DNA from: a virus
Virus record (IMG/VR): IMGVR_UViG_3300017774_006254
Location: 1 to 64,000 of that record
Length of the DNA stretch: 64,000 bases
Direction: 5' to 3' (one strand)
Below, piece by piece: positions 16,645-26,672 of this stretch; within the stretch, counting starts at the first letter, position 1; each line of letters opens with the position of its first letter. The notes under the pieces are model-generated. The model did not search any database. It was not told the DNA's origin and saw only the letters and a list, made by a program, of their open reading frames with translations. A program made the position numbers and the translations under genes.

Positions 16645-17436
16645 ATGCGCACGAGCCGAAGACGAACAAGTAGAAGGCGTACGAGCCGAAGGCCAGAGAG
16701 CAGGCGGTCCGTGCGGCCGAACCCTATGCGCGGCTACCATGTCGACGCGGGCGTACTACATGGTGTCGCCGAGGTTCTTCGAGCCGCTGGCCTGGAGAAG
16801 AAAGCCGCCCTTCTACGCGCCGCCCAGGCTCGCGCGACAGCCGCATACGACCGGGGGAACCTTGATGAAGGTGACCGACAGGCTGCGCGGGCAGATGTTC
16901 TTGTCGACGACATCGAGAACGCACTCCTTGCCCTCGAAGAAGAAGGCGAGGCGCAGGAAGAGCCGATTAATCAGAGCCTTACGCGCCAGATGGCCGAGGC
17001 GTGGCAAGAGTGCATGCGTGACGACCAATGGGGGGCCGCATGTCGAGCTGGTGTTGAGGAGTATCGCCGAACAGGACAAGGGCGATGGGTGCCACCGAGC
17101 CAAACGTTTTTAGGGCCGCCAAGTCGATGGATTGGTCTCCCCAAGACGAGTCCCGAAGCCGTGCGCCAGGTGGCAGAGCATCCAGAGTGGTACCGAAATG
17201 AGCCTGGCTACTTCGAGGAGCCGGGAGTGCTGCGCCGACTGCGGGATCTGCTCGGCTACCCAGACGGCCCCAACGCTGACGGCAGGCAGCTTCTGGACGC
17301 CGCCGAGGACGCCTGGCAGGCAAGCCTTGCTACCGCTTCACGCATCCGCGCTGGGGCGGCCAAACGGCGCGCTGCTGGTGTGGATCCCCTGAGGGAGGCG
17401 AAGCGGTTCGTCCGCCGAGTTTCGAGGCGACGATAG
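16645..17436 (+). CDS. hypothetical protein with an Arg-rich N-terminal leader
   Basis: MRTSRRRTSRRRTSRRPESRRSVRPNP; preceded by TTGAAC-16-TACGCT-5-ATG. Confidence 0.65.
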   Translation: MRTSRRRTSRRRTSRRPESRRSVRPNPMRGYHVDAGVLHGVAEVLRAAGLEKKAALLRAAQARATAAYDRGNLDEGDRQAARADVLVDDIENALLALEEEGEAQEEPINQSLTRQMAEAWQECMRDDQWGAACRAGVEEYRRTGQGRWVPPSQTFLGPPSRWIGLPKTSPEAVRQVAEHPEWYRNEPGYFEEPGVLRRLRDLLGYPDGPNADGRQLLDAAEDAWQASLATASRIRAGAAKRRAAGVDPLREAKRFVRRVSRRR

Positions 17437-17642
17437 GCACGCCAAGAGCAGGCCGAAAAAGAGGAACACGAGGACGGCAAACAGAAAGAGCGGGGGCGTA
17501 GGCGGGGCGAGGGCGACGTAGCTCGTGCACGCGTTGCAGTGGGCCAGGCCCTTCTCATCAGGATGAACGTTCTTTGGCTTCAGAATCACGCCGACACCCG
17601 CATAGAACGGACAGCGCGGATTGCGGCACTCGTACCCTTCGC

Positions 17643-17909
17643 TCATTGGCCTGCCGGACAGAAGGCGCCGCCAACGAAGTGTCCGACAGTCTCTTCTCCG
17701 TTCAACACGCGCACCAGGCGCCCCGCTACTTCAGGGTCAGAGTGATAGCGAGCTACGGACGGTGGCAGGTCGAGCACTACGCCTGGCGTGGCGAGGGCTC
17801 TGGCCGCGCGTCTGAGAGCTGCGACTCCCTCTGCAATGTTGCGCTTCCGCTCGGCTCCTGATGCTCGTTCGGTCTCGATGGTGACGGAGCCAAAGGTAAT
17901 GGTTGCCAT
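17643..17909 (-). CDS. hypothetical protein
   Basis: Start refined to MATITFGSV. Confidence 0.55.
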   Translation of the reverse strand: MATITFGSVTIETERASGAERKRNIAEGVAALRRAARALATPGVVLDLPPSVARYHSDPEVAGRLVRVLNGEETVGHFVGGAFCPAGQ

Positions 17910-17911
17910 GA

Positions 17912-18169
17912 TCAGCGAGCGCCTTCGCACGTTGAGATGGGAGTTGAGACGGGAGTCGGATACCCACTGTTCAAAACGTACGTCGTGCGCACTGTTCCAC
18001 CCCGACTCGCACACGTCCGCAGGGCTGCGGCGTTCCGCGACGCGACCACCATGTTCAACACGGCGAGCCCTGTTGTTACGGCGAAGAACGAAACGAAGCC
18101 GACGAAGCCCCAGTCGACTTCCTTCGGCTTTTTCCTGCGCACTTCTGGCTTCGACTGAGTTCGGTACAT
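17912..18169 (-). CDS. small membrane protein
   Basis: Hydrophobic segment WGFVGFVSFFAVTTGLAVL. Confidence 0.5.
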   Translation of the reverse strand: MYRTQSKPEVRRKKPKEVDWGFVGFVSFFAVTTGLAVLNMVVASRNAAALRTCASRGGTVRTTYVLNSGYPTPVSTPISTCEGAR

Positions 18170-18182
18170 GGTCCCTCGTTTG

Positions 18183-19616
18183 TCAGATATCCATCGGCTT
18201 GCCAAGCTTCTTGATCACGTCAGCAACAAGACAAGCCCACTGGTACCCAATGTAGTCGGACACGCCGTCCGCTATGCCTACTGGATCGTCGATGGTGACG
18301 ATGCTGCCTCGGTACCCAACGCCATTCGCAAAAGCTTCCATCTCGGCGCGCTGCTGCTTTGGTCCGATGAAGAACGGGAACTCGTCGAGGGAGATGACGC
18401 GGCGCCCCTTGGCTTCCCCGTAGGCGTACTTGTCGAGCGTCCCAGCCACTCTGGTGTTCGCCGCGTCGAACTCTTGCTCCGACATGTTCCGGTTGAAGAT
18501 CTGACCGCGTCTCCTGGCCACTGCGGCAAGTTGCGCCGCTGTCTTGATCGGACGACTTCCTCCCGCCGGTCCGCTGAATATCTCGGCTGGTGGCCCGAGT
18601 GTCCAGAAGTTGTGCCCGTACAGGTAGTCCTCATGCCCGTGCATCTCGCCAAAGAGGCGGATGGCAACGTCGGTCATCAGTTCCCGCGTTTTGATTGTCC
18701 AGGCGTCATGCTCGTAGACCCAGCACGCAGGGTCGACGCCGCGCTTTTTGTATGGCTTGAGACCGTCGAGTACGAGGCCCATGTGTCCCACCAGAGTGAA
18801 CGCGCCGAAGTTCGCTGCCGGTGTGGGGCCGTATGAGATCGAGGGAAAGAGAAGCCCGCCGCACGTGCGTACGCCCTCGATGGCGTAGTTCAGTTCTTGG
18901 TACCTGTACGAGGCAGGCAGATTTGCTCCGTGGCTCACTGGCAGCGACATCGAGTGAGCGACGACGATGTCTGTGCCTTTTGCTCGGGCCCAGAGAGGCC
19001 ATTCTTGCCTCTGTGGCTCTGCTGGGAACACCAGGCACGGGTTTATCCCAAGGGCGGTCTTTGGCGGGTTCTCAGAGTCATCCTCAACCTGAATGAGCCA
19101 TGCTGGACGCTCAGGGGAAATCATCCTCGCCTTCTTGGCTGACCAATAAGAGAACGGTTGCCTGTCGTTCTCTGGCCACGGGTAGCCAGGGTCCAAGATC
19201 CACGCGCCGTGCACCTCGTCAAACGGCATCTCGTCGTTGGCGAACTCGTAGATGGCTTGCCCGCACAGTCGTCCGAAGAAATCGGGAATGCCAACCTGGC
19301 GGTCGTGTCCGAAGCCTTCAGCGGTGCTCTTGGCTCGTAGGTGCTGACGCGTTGCTGAAGCAATTGGGCCCGTGCGAGCACCAGCCATGATGTCCTCGTC
19401 GGACTCGTCTCCCGTGAGCGAGTAGCCAAAGACAGCGGCGAGCTTGGCCGCATCGCCCACTAGGGCAAAATGAAACGAGCTGTACTTCATCGTCGTTTCA
19501 CCCTCCCAGGCGACAACGTCCGTGACGGTTCCGCGTGGGAATGCGGCCTTGCCGAATGCGAGAAGGGCTTCTGTCCAAGCGTGGACGAATGCCGTTTGTT
19601 CTTCGGACCAAGTCAT
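18183..19616 (-). CDS. hypothetical protein (477 aa)
   Basis: Long coupled ORF with globular composition. Confidence 0.7.
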   Translation of the reverse strand: MTWSEEQTAFVHAWTEALLAFGKAAFPRGTVTDVVAWEGETTMKYSSFHFALVGDAAKLAAVFGYSLTGDESDEDIMAGARTGPIASATRQHLRAKSTAEGFGHDRQVGIPDFFGRLCGQAIYEFANDEMPFDEVHGAWILDPGYPWPENDRQPFSYWSAKKARMISPERPAWLIQVEDDSENPPKTALGINPCLVFPAEPQRQEWPLWARAKGTDIVVAHSMSLPVSHGANLPASYRYQELNYAIEGVRTCGGLLFPSISYGPTPAANFGAFTLVGHMGLVLDGLKPYKKRGVDPACWVYEHDAWTIKTRELMTDVAIRLFGEMHGHEDYLYGHNFWTLGPPAEIFSGPAGGSRPIKTAAQLAAVARRRGQIFNRNMSEQEFDAANTRVAGTLDKYAYGEAKGRRVISLDEFPFFIGPKQQRAEMEAFANGVGYRGSIVTIDDPVGIADGVSDYIGYQWACLVADVIKKLGKPMDI

Positions 19617-21085
19617 CGCTGCCTAGGGGCGGAGCGCAGTGTGCTGTTGATCCTTCGGGTCATGGCTCCATGGTCCAAGATCATCTTGATGTCCTCTTCG
19701 GTCATGTCTTCGTCAGGGGTCGCGCCGTATGACTCTATGCGAGCAGCTGCGGATGGGTCGTAGACGCCCTTGGCTAGCCACTTCTTGGCTCGGACTGCGC
19801 TGTCGGCTCCGAGTCCTTTCGCCCAGCGACTGATGAGGTTGAAGTCATCTGAAAACTCAAGCCAGTCTTCTTTTTCGTCAACGTGAAACACGCCGATGCT
19901 GAACCACCGCTCGGGTACGAACCGTGAGGGGTCGTCGTGGAGGCCGTGGGCTCGGCCTTTGTGCTTTGGATCGTTCCAGTCCTCAGCAAGTTCCATGGCT
20001 TCGCTGGGGTCGACGCCATGCTTGACCATGGCCTCTGCGATTCTAATGAGGCTCGGCGGCTTGCCATCGGTCAGCGCAGCCCGGAACTCTGAATTCTTGA
20101 CATCGGTCGGGGAGTAATCAGCTCCCGCCAATTCACGAGCGATGTCTCCGTTCTTCACTCCTGCCTTGATCCAGCGGTAGGGACTACCCTCGCTCCAATC
20201 CCACTGTGCGGCAAGTTCCTCTTGCCCATTTATGTCTGTGGGTACGTCCAAGAGGTCGTCGAGTGTCCCAAGTAGCTCCACGTTGTCTTCCGACAGCTCT
20301 CTCGTGCCTAGGTGCTCTCTGAGGAACTCGTCGACCATCTTCTGGTACTTGGCAATGGGTGCTTCGTTTTGCTTTCCCTTCACCTGCATGACGCGGTTCT
20401 TCGGGATGTTCCACTCAATCGTCGCATGTGGCCGACCAGCCTTGTCACGCAACGAGTAGATCTTCGTCGTCCCGCTCTCCACAGCTTCGTCGTAACCGCC
20501 CTCTCCGACGCAGTGCTGCATCACCGTGGTCTCATCCAGAAGGCATGACTGCGGAAGATCTTGCATGGTGTAACCGTCCGCGAACTTGTAGACGACGGTG
20601 CCAGCGGACACACCACCCTTGTCGCGCTGCCAGTCGGCCACGGCGGCGAACGCTTGAGCCAGCGTGACCTTCCCGAGGTCGACTCGCTCGTGCTTGGCCC
20701 ACTGAGCAATCACGGGCCCTTTCTTGATCAGCAGGCTCACAGCTCCGCTGTACGTTTCGAGATCGGGGCGCGGTCGCTCAAGCGTCGCCTTCCGAAGAAG
20801 AGACAGCTGCTGCGCAATCCACGGAATCAGAAAGTCCGACACGTGATGCGCTGGCAGTAGATCGAGAGCCCTTTCGATGGCTTCGAGCGGGTCCACAGCG
20901 TTAGGGTCGCCAGCGTCTTCATACGAATTGTTGGCCGCGTTGATGAGGCGCTTCCACTCGCTATTGTTCTCTTGGCCGAGCAGAGATGTGAGTAAGTACG
21001 CCGTAGTGACGACGACTCCTGGGTCCTTCTTCCAGAATCGGTCGATCACAAACCTCATCCGCGGCTTGGGCGCATTCGGCTGCAT
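19613..21085 (-). CDS. PcfJ-like domain protein
   Basis: E...MQHCVG..Y...IYSLRD..GRPHATIE...QVKGKQNEAP. Confidence 0.75.
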   Translation of the reverse strand: MQPNAPKPRMRFVIDRFWKKDPGVVVTTAYLLTSLLGQENNSEWKRLINAANNSYEDAGDPNAVDPLEAIERALDLLPAHHVSDFLIPWIAQQLSLLRKATLERPRPDLETYSGAVSLLIKKGPVIAQWAKHERVDLGKVTLAQAFAAVADWQRDKGGVSAGTVVYKFADGYTMQDLPQSCLLDETTVMQHCVGEGGYDEAVESGTTKIYSLRDKAGRPHATIEWNIPKNRVMQVKGKQNEAPIAKYQKMVDEFLREHLGTRELSEDNVELLGTLDDLLDVPTDINGQEELAAQWDWSEGSPYRWIKAGVKNGDIARELAGADYSPTDVKNSEFRAALTDGKPPSLIRIAEAMVKHGVDPSEAMELAEDWNDPKHKGRAHGLHDDPSRFVPERWFSIGVFHVDEKEDWLEFSDDFNLISRWAKGLGADSAVRAKKWLAKGVYDPSAAARIESYGATPDEDMTEEDIKMILDHGAMTRRINSTLRSAPRQR

Positions 21086-21088
21086 GGT

Positions 21089-21700
21089 TCATCCCCGCGC
21101 GAGCGACATGACCGTGTATCCCGCGACCAGTCCCAATCCCGCAGCGCCACCGACGACAGCGCCGAATACCGGATGCTTCGTCTTGTTGCCGACATAGGCG
21201 CCAGCAACCAGCCCTCCCACGATCGGGGTCAACCCCATCAGCAGTCTCACGCTGCCTGGGAGCGACCCGATCGTCCTGGCCACCGTAGTGGGAGCCTGTC
21301 GGGGTGCCTGCGCAAACATTGGAGCGAGGTCGTTCGAGTACGACGCAGATGCTGGCGCGGCGGCCTGCCCCAGCGACCTCGGCCGCTCAATCTGTGGCAC
21401 GTCGAGCCGTGGCGCCCAAGATGGTCTTCCAAGAACACGTTGAGCTGCGGCGTTGAAGATAGACGGAGCGCTCACGCGCCCTGCGGGAGGAGGCGCCATC
21501 TCCGTACGTGTGTAGCGCGGTTCTCGGTTCCCGGAGACCACGCCAGGGGCTCTTGGAGCCATCTGAGTCTGCGTGTACGAAACCGGCACGTAGGCCGTCG
21601 TCGCAGGTGGTGCCATGGGCGCCAAAGAGACCGTCGGCTGCGACGATGGCGTTTGGTATGACGAGGGAGGGCGAAGTTGACCAAGGCCGCTGTAACTCAT
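21089..21700 (-). CDS. Pro-rich membrane protein of the MSY/GLG type
   Basis: Starts MSYSGLGQ; two C-terminal hydrophobic helices. Confidence 0.65.
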   Translation of the reverse strand: MSYSGLGQLRPPSSYQTPSSQPTVSLAPMAPPATTAYVPVSYTQTQMAPRAPGVVSGNREPRYTRTEMAPPPAGRVSAPSIFNAAAQRVLGRPSWAPRLDVPQIERPRSLGQAAAPASASYSNDLAPMFAQAPRQAPTTVARTIGSLPGSVRLLMGLTPIVGGLVAGAYVGNKTKHPVFGAVVGGAAGLGLVAGYTVMSLARG

Positions 21701-21740
21701 CCCCAATCGTCGCTTGAAATCGACGACGGCGCAATCCAGC

Positions 21741-22004
21741 TCAGGTCGCCTTGATGCAGTCGATCGCGGGCCAAACGTCAGGCACCCCGGGCCTGCCTTT
21801 TACAGCAACCACAAGCCACGTCTGCTTGGCGAGCTGCTGAACCCTAAGAACCGTGCGTGGGTGTTTCAGTTTTGAGAAGTAGACCTTGTCACCGCAACGG
21901 ACCGTCTTGCGGTCCGCTACTCGCGCTCGGTCTCGAACGAGACCAAACCCAAACCGCACAAAGTCCGCACCTTCGAGGTTCCGCTTCACGCGTAGCGCGG
22001 TCAC
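21741..22004 (-). CDS. hypothetical protein
   Basis: MTALRVKRNL start; coupled ORF. Confidence 0.45.
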   Translation of the reverse strand: MTALRVKRNLEGADFVRFGFGLVRDRARVADRKTVRCGDKVYFSKLKHPRTVLRVQQLAKQTWLVVAVKGRPGVPDVWPAIDCIKAT

Positions 22005-22269
22005 GAATGTCTCACGAGAAAATCGTCAATCCATACTGTACTGTTGAGCTTGTGAGCTTTGGCTCCAGCACGTGATTCGGCTTCGAGCTTGATGGCGCAT
22101 TCGTGTGTGCACGCATGCCCCATGACCTTGCTCCCCTTTGACTCCTCATCTAGGTCAAGCCACAGGCGACGCAGAAGAATCGCCTGAACTTCAAAGAGCC
22201 ACGTGCGGCAACATCCACACTGGACCGCAGGTGGCCCTCCAAGTCGAGAAAGCGAGTCGATCGCTACGC

Positions 22270-22755
22270 TCATGGGCACTTGATGCACTTCGCTGCGGGA
22301 TAGGTGTCCGTCAAGGTTGAGTTGCGACTGCGGTACACCACGAGGTCTCGTGTCGTCTTACCGGTGACATGAATCTCCGCGATGCTACGCCCAGAGAGTC
22401 CTCGTCCGCCTTCTGCTGGAACAAGAACCTTGTCGCCGACATGAACGATGCGCCCAGCCGAATCCTTCGCGGAAGTAGCAAGGCCTACGAGCGGTGGTCT
22501 GGATGCAGGCTTCTGGGGTGAGCGCTCTGTAAGCTTGCTGGCCTTCAAAAGAATCTCAGCTGTGCGGATGAGTCTCTTCTTGAAGAACGTAGCATTCCTC
22601 TCATTCAGGCGACCCATGAGCGAAGACGCGAAGCCTCTAAAAAGCTCAAGCTCTTCGGAGTCTGTGCGAGAAGAACGCTTTGACTTTCGAAGCCTGTCGA
22701 CGAACTCGTCGTCGACAAAGCCGAAGATTGATTCAAGAACTTCTCTCTTGTTCAC
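22270..22755 (-). CDS. hypothetical protein, possible SH3/KOW-like C-terminus
   Basis: DSAGRIVHVGDKVLV motif. Confidence 0.5.
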   Translation of the reverse strand: MNKREVLESIFGFVDDEFVDRLRKSKRSSRTDSEELELFRGFASSLMGRLNERNATFFKKRLIRTAEILLKASKLTERSPQKPASRPPLVGLATSAKDSAGRIVHVGDKVLVPAEGGRGLSGRSIAEIHVTGKTTRDLVVYRSRNSTLTDTYPAAKCIKCP

Positions 22756-23147
22756 GACAGCAGTCTCCCCTCCGGCATGAGCGCGAACGGGGCCACACCT
22801 TCGATCTTCACGTACTCAGGACCAAGAGCGTTCATGCATGCGTCACTGTCACATGTGTTTGGGCGCTCGTAGATGGTGAACATGCTCGACTCCGGGGGCC
22901 TGCTTGCCGTCCGGTAGCAGTAGTAGGTGGAGTCAGGATCGTCTTCCACCGCGCGCTTCTGCGGCTCTTGGAACTTGCCCAAGTCCACTGATGTCTCAGC
23001 GGTGGTGATGAGCTTTCGTCTGTTCACGAGCCTGGCTGGGCCATCCACCCACAACCAGCCATCACGCGTGCACGTTCCAAGTTTCCGGTGACAGGCGGCG
23101 CACTTGACAACTACTACGCGAGCGGGCTCGTTAGGCTCGTCGCTCAT
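22752..23147 (-). CDS. Cys-containing hypothetical protein
   Basis: CAACHRKLG...CDSDAC. Confidence 0.55.
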   Translation of the reverse strand: MSDEPNEPARVVVVKCAACHRKLGTCTRDGWLWVDGPARLVNRRKLITTAETSVDLGKFQEPQKRAVEDDPDSTYYCYRTASRPPESSMFTIYERPNTCDSDACMNALGPEYVKIEGVAPFALMPEGRLLS

Positions 23148-23779
23148 GGAAGAAGCTTCCCTGCGTCGAACTCAGCGAACGCAGCGCGCATGCGCGTGCA
23201 GTACCCCGGGTTCGGCCCTCCATTGTATCGACGAACGAACTCCTCGACGTTGCCTTCCTTCGCGGCTGCGAGCGCTTTTGGGTTGTCCAACAGCCACGCC
23301 GCGAGAAGCTGGTCAGACACTTTGACCGGGTTCGATTTGAAAGCCTGGATGGCTGTCACGGCAGCGTACGAAGTTGTGATTGGCTGCCCGATCACGTGAG
23401 AGAACGAACTGCCGAGCTGTTGGTACGCGCCCCACGATGTCGAGATGACCGCGTTCGCCGCGTGAATCTTCTCGGCGAACTCAAACGCGGCCTTGTCGGT
23501 CTCGCTCGCAATGGAGGACGCTGACCGGTTGGCTCCGCTTCTTGTTCTTCCGGGGGTATAGGGAACCTTCCCTCCGGCACGGATAGCTTCCCTCATCTTC
23601 ACAGCAGATGCCGGAACCATGTTGCGTGGAATCGTCACGACCATGTCCGGCATGTGCCGCTTGAAGAGGTGCGGCTCGAAGCGAATTGCCTTTGGGTCGC
23701 CTCCGCTCTCGACAGCGCGAACGCCAACGAGGAAACGAATCGGACATCCTGTTCTCTTGGCGACGTCTGCAAGGCTCAT
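23144..23779 (-). CDS. N-acetylmuramidase (DUF3380-like) endolysin or virion lysin
   Basis: AVESGG, IRFEPHLF, STSWGAYQQLG, FVRRYNG; start refined to MSLADVAK. Confidence 0.85.
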   Translation of the reverse strand: MSLADVAKRTGCPIRFLVGVRAVESGGDPKAIRFEPHLFKRHMPDMVVTIPRNMVPASAVKMREAIRAGGKVPYTPGRTRSGANRSASSIASETDKAAFEFAEKIHAANAVISTSWGAYQQLGSSFSHVIGQPITTSYAAVTAIQAFKSNPVKVSDQLLAAWLLDNPKALAAAKEGNVEEFVRRYNGGPNPGYCTRMRAAFAEFDAGKLLP

Positions 23780-24393
23780 GGCTTCTCCTCGAAGTCGACG
23801 ATGGTTGATTTTCCAGACATCTCTTCGAAGCGCAGTCCGCTCTTGAAACGGACCGTGTGTCTCGGGCCTCGAAGCATGATGTGGTCGATTGGATCTTCTT
23901 CCGAAGACCCCGGGGCGAACGACTTGGCGCACTGCCAATTGGCGCGGATCACCTGCCAAAGATCTTCTTCAGCTGCGACGCGGGTTCCGCGGACGCTTGA
24001 GATCTGAGACATCTCACCGAAGACGCGCTCTTTGGTTGTCGGAATGACGAAAGAGACACAGGCGTGGTATCGCGCCTGCCAGCCTTGGTCGCCAGCCCAG
24101 GCCTCGACGCGGTGCCGGAGTCCAGCGTTCTCCAAGAAGTCGTCAAGCGACTTGGCCGTGTCCGGCGTCACATCCAGCGGCACCAGATCCTTCTCCAGCT
24201 TTCTAGCCGAGTCATGATAGTCACGACCAGCTTCTGGACGGCCTTTGTCAAACTCCGCATCTCCCTCGCGACGAAGCCAAAGAATCCGCTCCATAGTACG
24301 GATGTTCCCCAGCGCTCGGACCTTTCGAGCGCCCTCGCTCATCTTGATGTGCTGCTCTCGAAGTTCATCGAGCTTCTTCTGGTCGTAGTTCAT
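23776..24393 (-). CDS. hypothetical protein
   Basis: 205 aa, GGAG RBS. Confidence 0.6.
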   Translation of the reverse strand: MNYDQKKLDELREQHIKMSEGARKVRALGNIRTMERILWLRREGDAEFDKGRPEAGRDYHDSARKLEKDLVPLDVTPDTAKSLDDFLENAGLRHRVEAWAGDQGWQARYHACVSFVIPTTKERVFGEMSQISSVRGTRVAAEEDLWQVIRANWQCAKSFAPGSSEEDPIDHIMLRGPRHTVRFKSGLRFEEMSGKSTIVDFEEKP

Positions 24394-24400
24394 CGGACTC

Positions 24401-24982
24401 CTATGTTGTGACGTTGCGAAGCCTGAGCATCACATCGCGGGCTCGCGTTACCTCTTCGAACTTCAGAACCATGGCTTCCTTCTGCGCTGTCGAATCAGGC
24501 CCCGGCGGAACACGGTCTGGGTGGTACGTTGCGGCAAGTCCCTTCCACGCCTTCTTGATTTCGTCGGCGGACGCGTTCTTGTCGATTCCGAGAATTGTCC
24601 ACGGGGGCGTGACCGCTGCGGCAGGTGCAGTAGCGCCGGGGGCGACGGCTCCTTGTGCCCTTTTCTTGAGGTAAGCGATCTTTTCTGCTGCGGCCTGAAA
24701 ACCGAAAGCGAAGCAAGGCTTGCAGAGCCCGAACTCGCGGTCTGGGTGGACCAGTTCCATGCCAGGAAGATGGACGCCTTTTCGGCAGTACAGGCAGATG
24801 TAGACCGCTGGACGAGTGCCCGGGGGAGAGGCTGCTGCTGGGCTCGCGGGCGGGGCCGCCGCTGCCTTCTCCTGCAAGCCGTTGAACCAATTCGCTCCCT
24901 TGTCGAATGCAGTCTCTACCGCCTTCTCGACGATATCGTCGAGTACATCCAATGGGTTCGGGCGGCGTGGCTGTCGAGGCAT
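24401..24982 (-). CDS. J-domain (DnaJ-like) protein with CxxC pairs
   Basis: PWTILGI...ADEIKKAWKGLAATYHPDR...FEEVTRARD; CLYC and CKPC; leaderless start at MPRQPRRPNP. Confidence 0.85.
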   Translation of the reverse strand: MPRQPRRPNPLDVLDDIVEKAVETAFDKGANWFNGLQEKAAAAPPASPAAASPPGTRPAVYICLYCRKGVHLPGMELVHPDREFGLCKPCFAFGFQAAAEKIAYLKKRAQGAVAPGATAPAAAVTPPWTILGIDKNASADEIKKAWKGLAATYHPDRVPPGPDSTAQKEAMVLKFEEVTRARDVMLRLRNVTT

Positions 24983-25037
24983 GCCCCATCTTACACACTC
25001 TCGGGTGTCTGACAATGGCGCGTGATACGCTCTGTAG

Positions 25038-25598
25038 ATGAACTCGTACTCGGCTACATGGTTTCTTTTTGCCCCTGGCACTCCAGTTTCGGAAGCGGGG
25101 ATTTCCGCGGCTCAGAGCCTCCTGGCGGGACGCGGTTTTTCTGTTGGGCGCGTGATACGCACGCTGGGCACTGCGGCGGTCTCGTCGATCGTCCATGAGG
25201 CTCCCGATGGGATTCCGGACCAGGGTCTCACCGTGCAGATCGCTTCTTCGCTCTCTGACGCGAGAGGTGGCGGAGCATGGCCTGTCGGCGACCCAAATCA
25301 GCCGCCGTTGGAAGGTGCAGCGCTCGCCAGCGCGCTCGACGCGCTCAGAGACAGGCTGAAGCGAATCAACTCGGTCATGAAGATCGAGGTAGCCTTCGCC
25401 TCCGCTCGCGCGCTCTCAGCGGCCGAGACGAGGGCGCTGGGTTCGAGCTTGACGGCTGCCGCCCGAGCAGGTCTCCCCACTTCGCAGATCCTTGGCAGTT
25501 CTGGCGTTCGCGTTCGCGCTGTCTCGGCTCCCAACTACTGGGCCTGGGGCCTCGGCATTGCGGCGGTGCTTGGCGCTGGCTACTACTTTTCCAAATAG
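25038..25598 (+). CDS. C-terminally anchored membrane protein
   Basis: C-terminus YWAWGLGIAAVLGAGYYFSK; TGnTACGCT-6-ATG upstream. Confidence 0.6.
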   Translation: MNSYSATWFLFAPGTPVSEAGISAAQSLLAGRGFSVGRVIRTLGTAAVSSIVHEAPDGIPDQGLTVQIASSLSDARGGGAWPVGDPNQPPLEGAALASALDALRDRLKRINSVMKIEVAFASARALSAAETRALGSSLTAAARAGLPTSQILGSSGVRVRAVSAPNYWAWGLGIAAVLGAGYYFSK

Positions 25599-25680
25599 AG
25601 AAGGCCGCCCAGCAAGAAAGACTGAGCGGCCTTTGGTTTTAGTTCCCAACAACGAAGGAAGAACGAGACTCGTGATCTTA

Positions 25681-25878
25681 CTACATCACGGCGAGGATGC
25701 CACTGAGGCCGCTCAGAGACGGGGCCTGCTCCTGGCGAAGACGAGACTGAGCCTGACGACGGGCTGCCTCTTGCTGAGCCGCCATGCGCGCCAAGAATGC
25801 ATGTTGCGAGGGTAGCGCCCGACGCCCTTGCGAGGTTGGGGGCTGCTGGTTCGAGGGGACGGTACGGTGGTAGCTCAT
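25681..25878 (-). CDS. small MSY-type protein
   Basis: MSYHRTVPSN...LSGLSG; extended -10 TGATACAAT lies 6 nt before the ATG. Confidence 0.5.
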   Translation of the reverse strand: MSYHRTVPSNQQPPTSQGRRALPSQHAFLARMAAQQEAARRQAQSRLRQEQAPSLSGLSGILAVM

Positions 25879-25913
25879 GCCAGTATTGTATCAGGCCAGC
25901 CGAAGCCGTCGAC

Positions 25914-26672
25914 CTAGTACCCGAACACGGCGCGAAGTTCGACGTTGACCATGTCTGCATCTGCCACGATAAGGTCGGCGTCCTGGCCGCCTGCAAGGTT
26001 CGTAAGCGTTGCCGGGGTGAGCCCTGGGACGCTCCCAGCGTCGAACCGGTCCTGCGTCTTTCCGGCGATCGGCTGGGCAGCGAGAGCTTGCCGCGTGGCC
26101 GTAAACCATGCTCGAACCTCAGCATCGGTTGGCAGCGCGTTCCCGCCAGCCATGCTGTTGACGAAACCATCTTGCGGCGAGATCTGAAGCGACGTGGTGC
26201 CTGGCACGTAAGCAAGCGTCTCTACTTGCTCAGCGACCCTACTGCCGTCAACCCAAAGCACGTACCGGAAGCCTGCATTGACAGGCTCGACCGTGACCAA
26301 CTGAACGACAACTCGAACCTGAAAGTCTGACAGCGGAGCGTTGTACGTAGGAACAACAACGCTGAGAGCATCGAGCGTTGGCTCTACCTCGGCAGAAGAC
26401 TGAACCACGAGCCCATCCCACCGAAGCCTGGACCTCCAGGCCGATGCTCGTTCGACATCCGAGATGAGTGGAAGAGCTGGAGCGCTCGTCGCCTGAACGG
26501 AGCCGAACCAGAACGGAGGAGCGGTGCCGCCTGTCGATGGCGACGGATCTGGCTGCAAGTAGAAGTCCCCAGAAGAACTGGAAAAGAACCACATCAATTG
26601 CGTACCGGCACCCAGCGCGGGCTTCTGTCTGCGCCACGACGTCTTCCACTCAGAACCGCGCCTTGCTGTCAT
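25914..26672 (-). CDS. beta-rich protein, possible ConA/LamG-like spike
   Basis: Beta-strand pattern including YVLWVDGSRVA; lies at the end of the structural module. Confidence 0.45.
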   Translation of the reverse strand: MTARRGSEWKTSWRRQKPALGAGTQLMWFFSSSSGDFYLQPDPSPSTGGTAPPFWFGSVQATSAPALPLISDVERASAWRSRLRWDGLVVQSSAEVEPTLDALSVVVPTYNAPLSDFQVRVVVQLVTVEPVNAGFRYVLWVDGSRVAEQVETLAYVPGTTSLQISPQDGFVNSMAGGNALPTDAEVRAWFTATRQALAAQPIAGKTQDRFDAGSVPGLTPATLTNLAGGQDADLIVADADMVNVELRAVFGY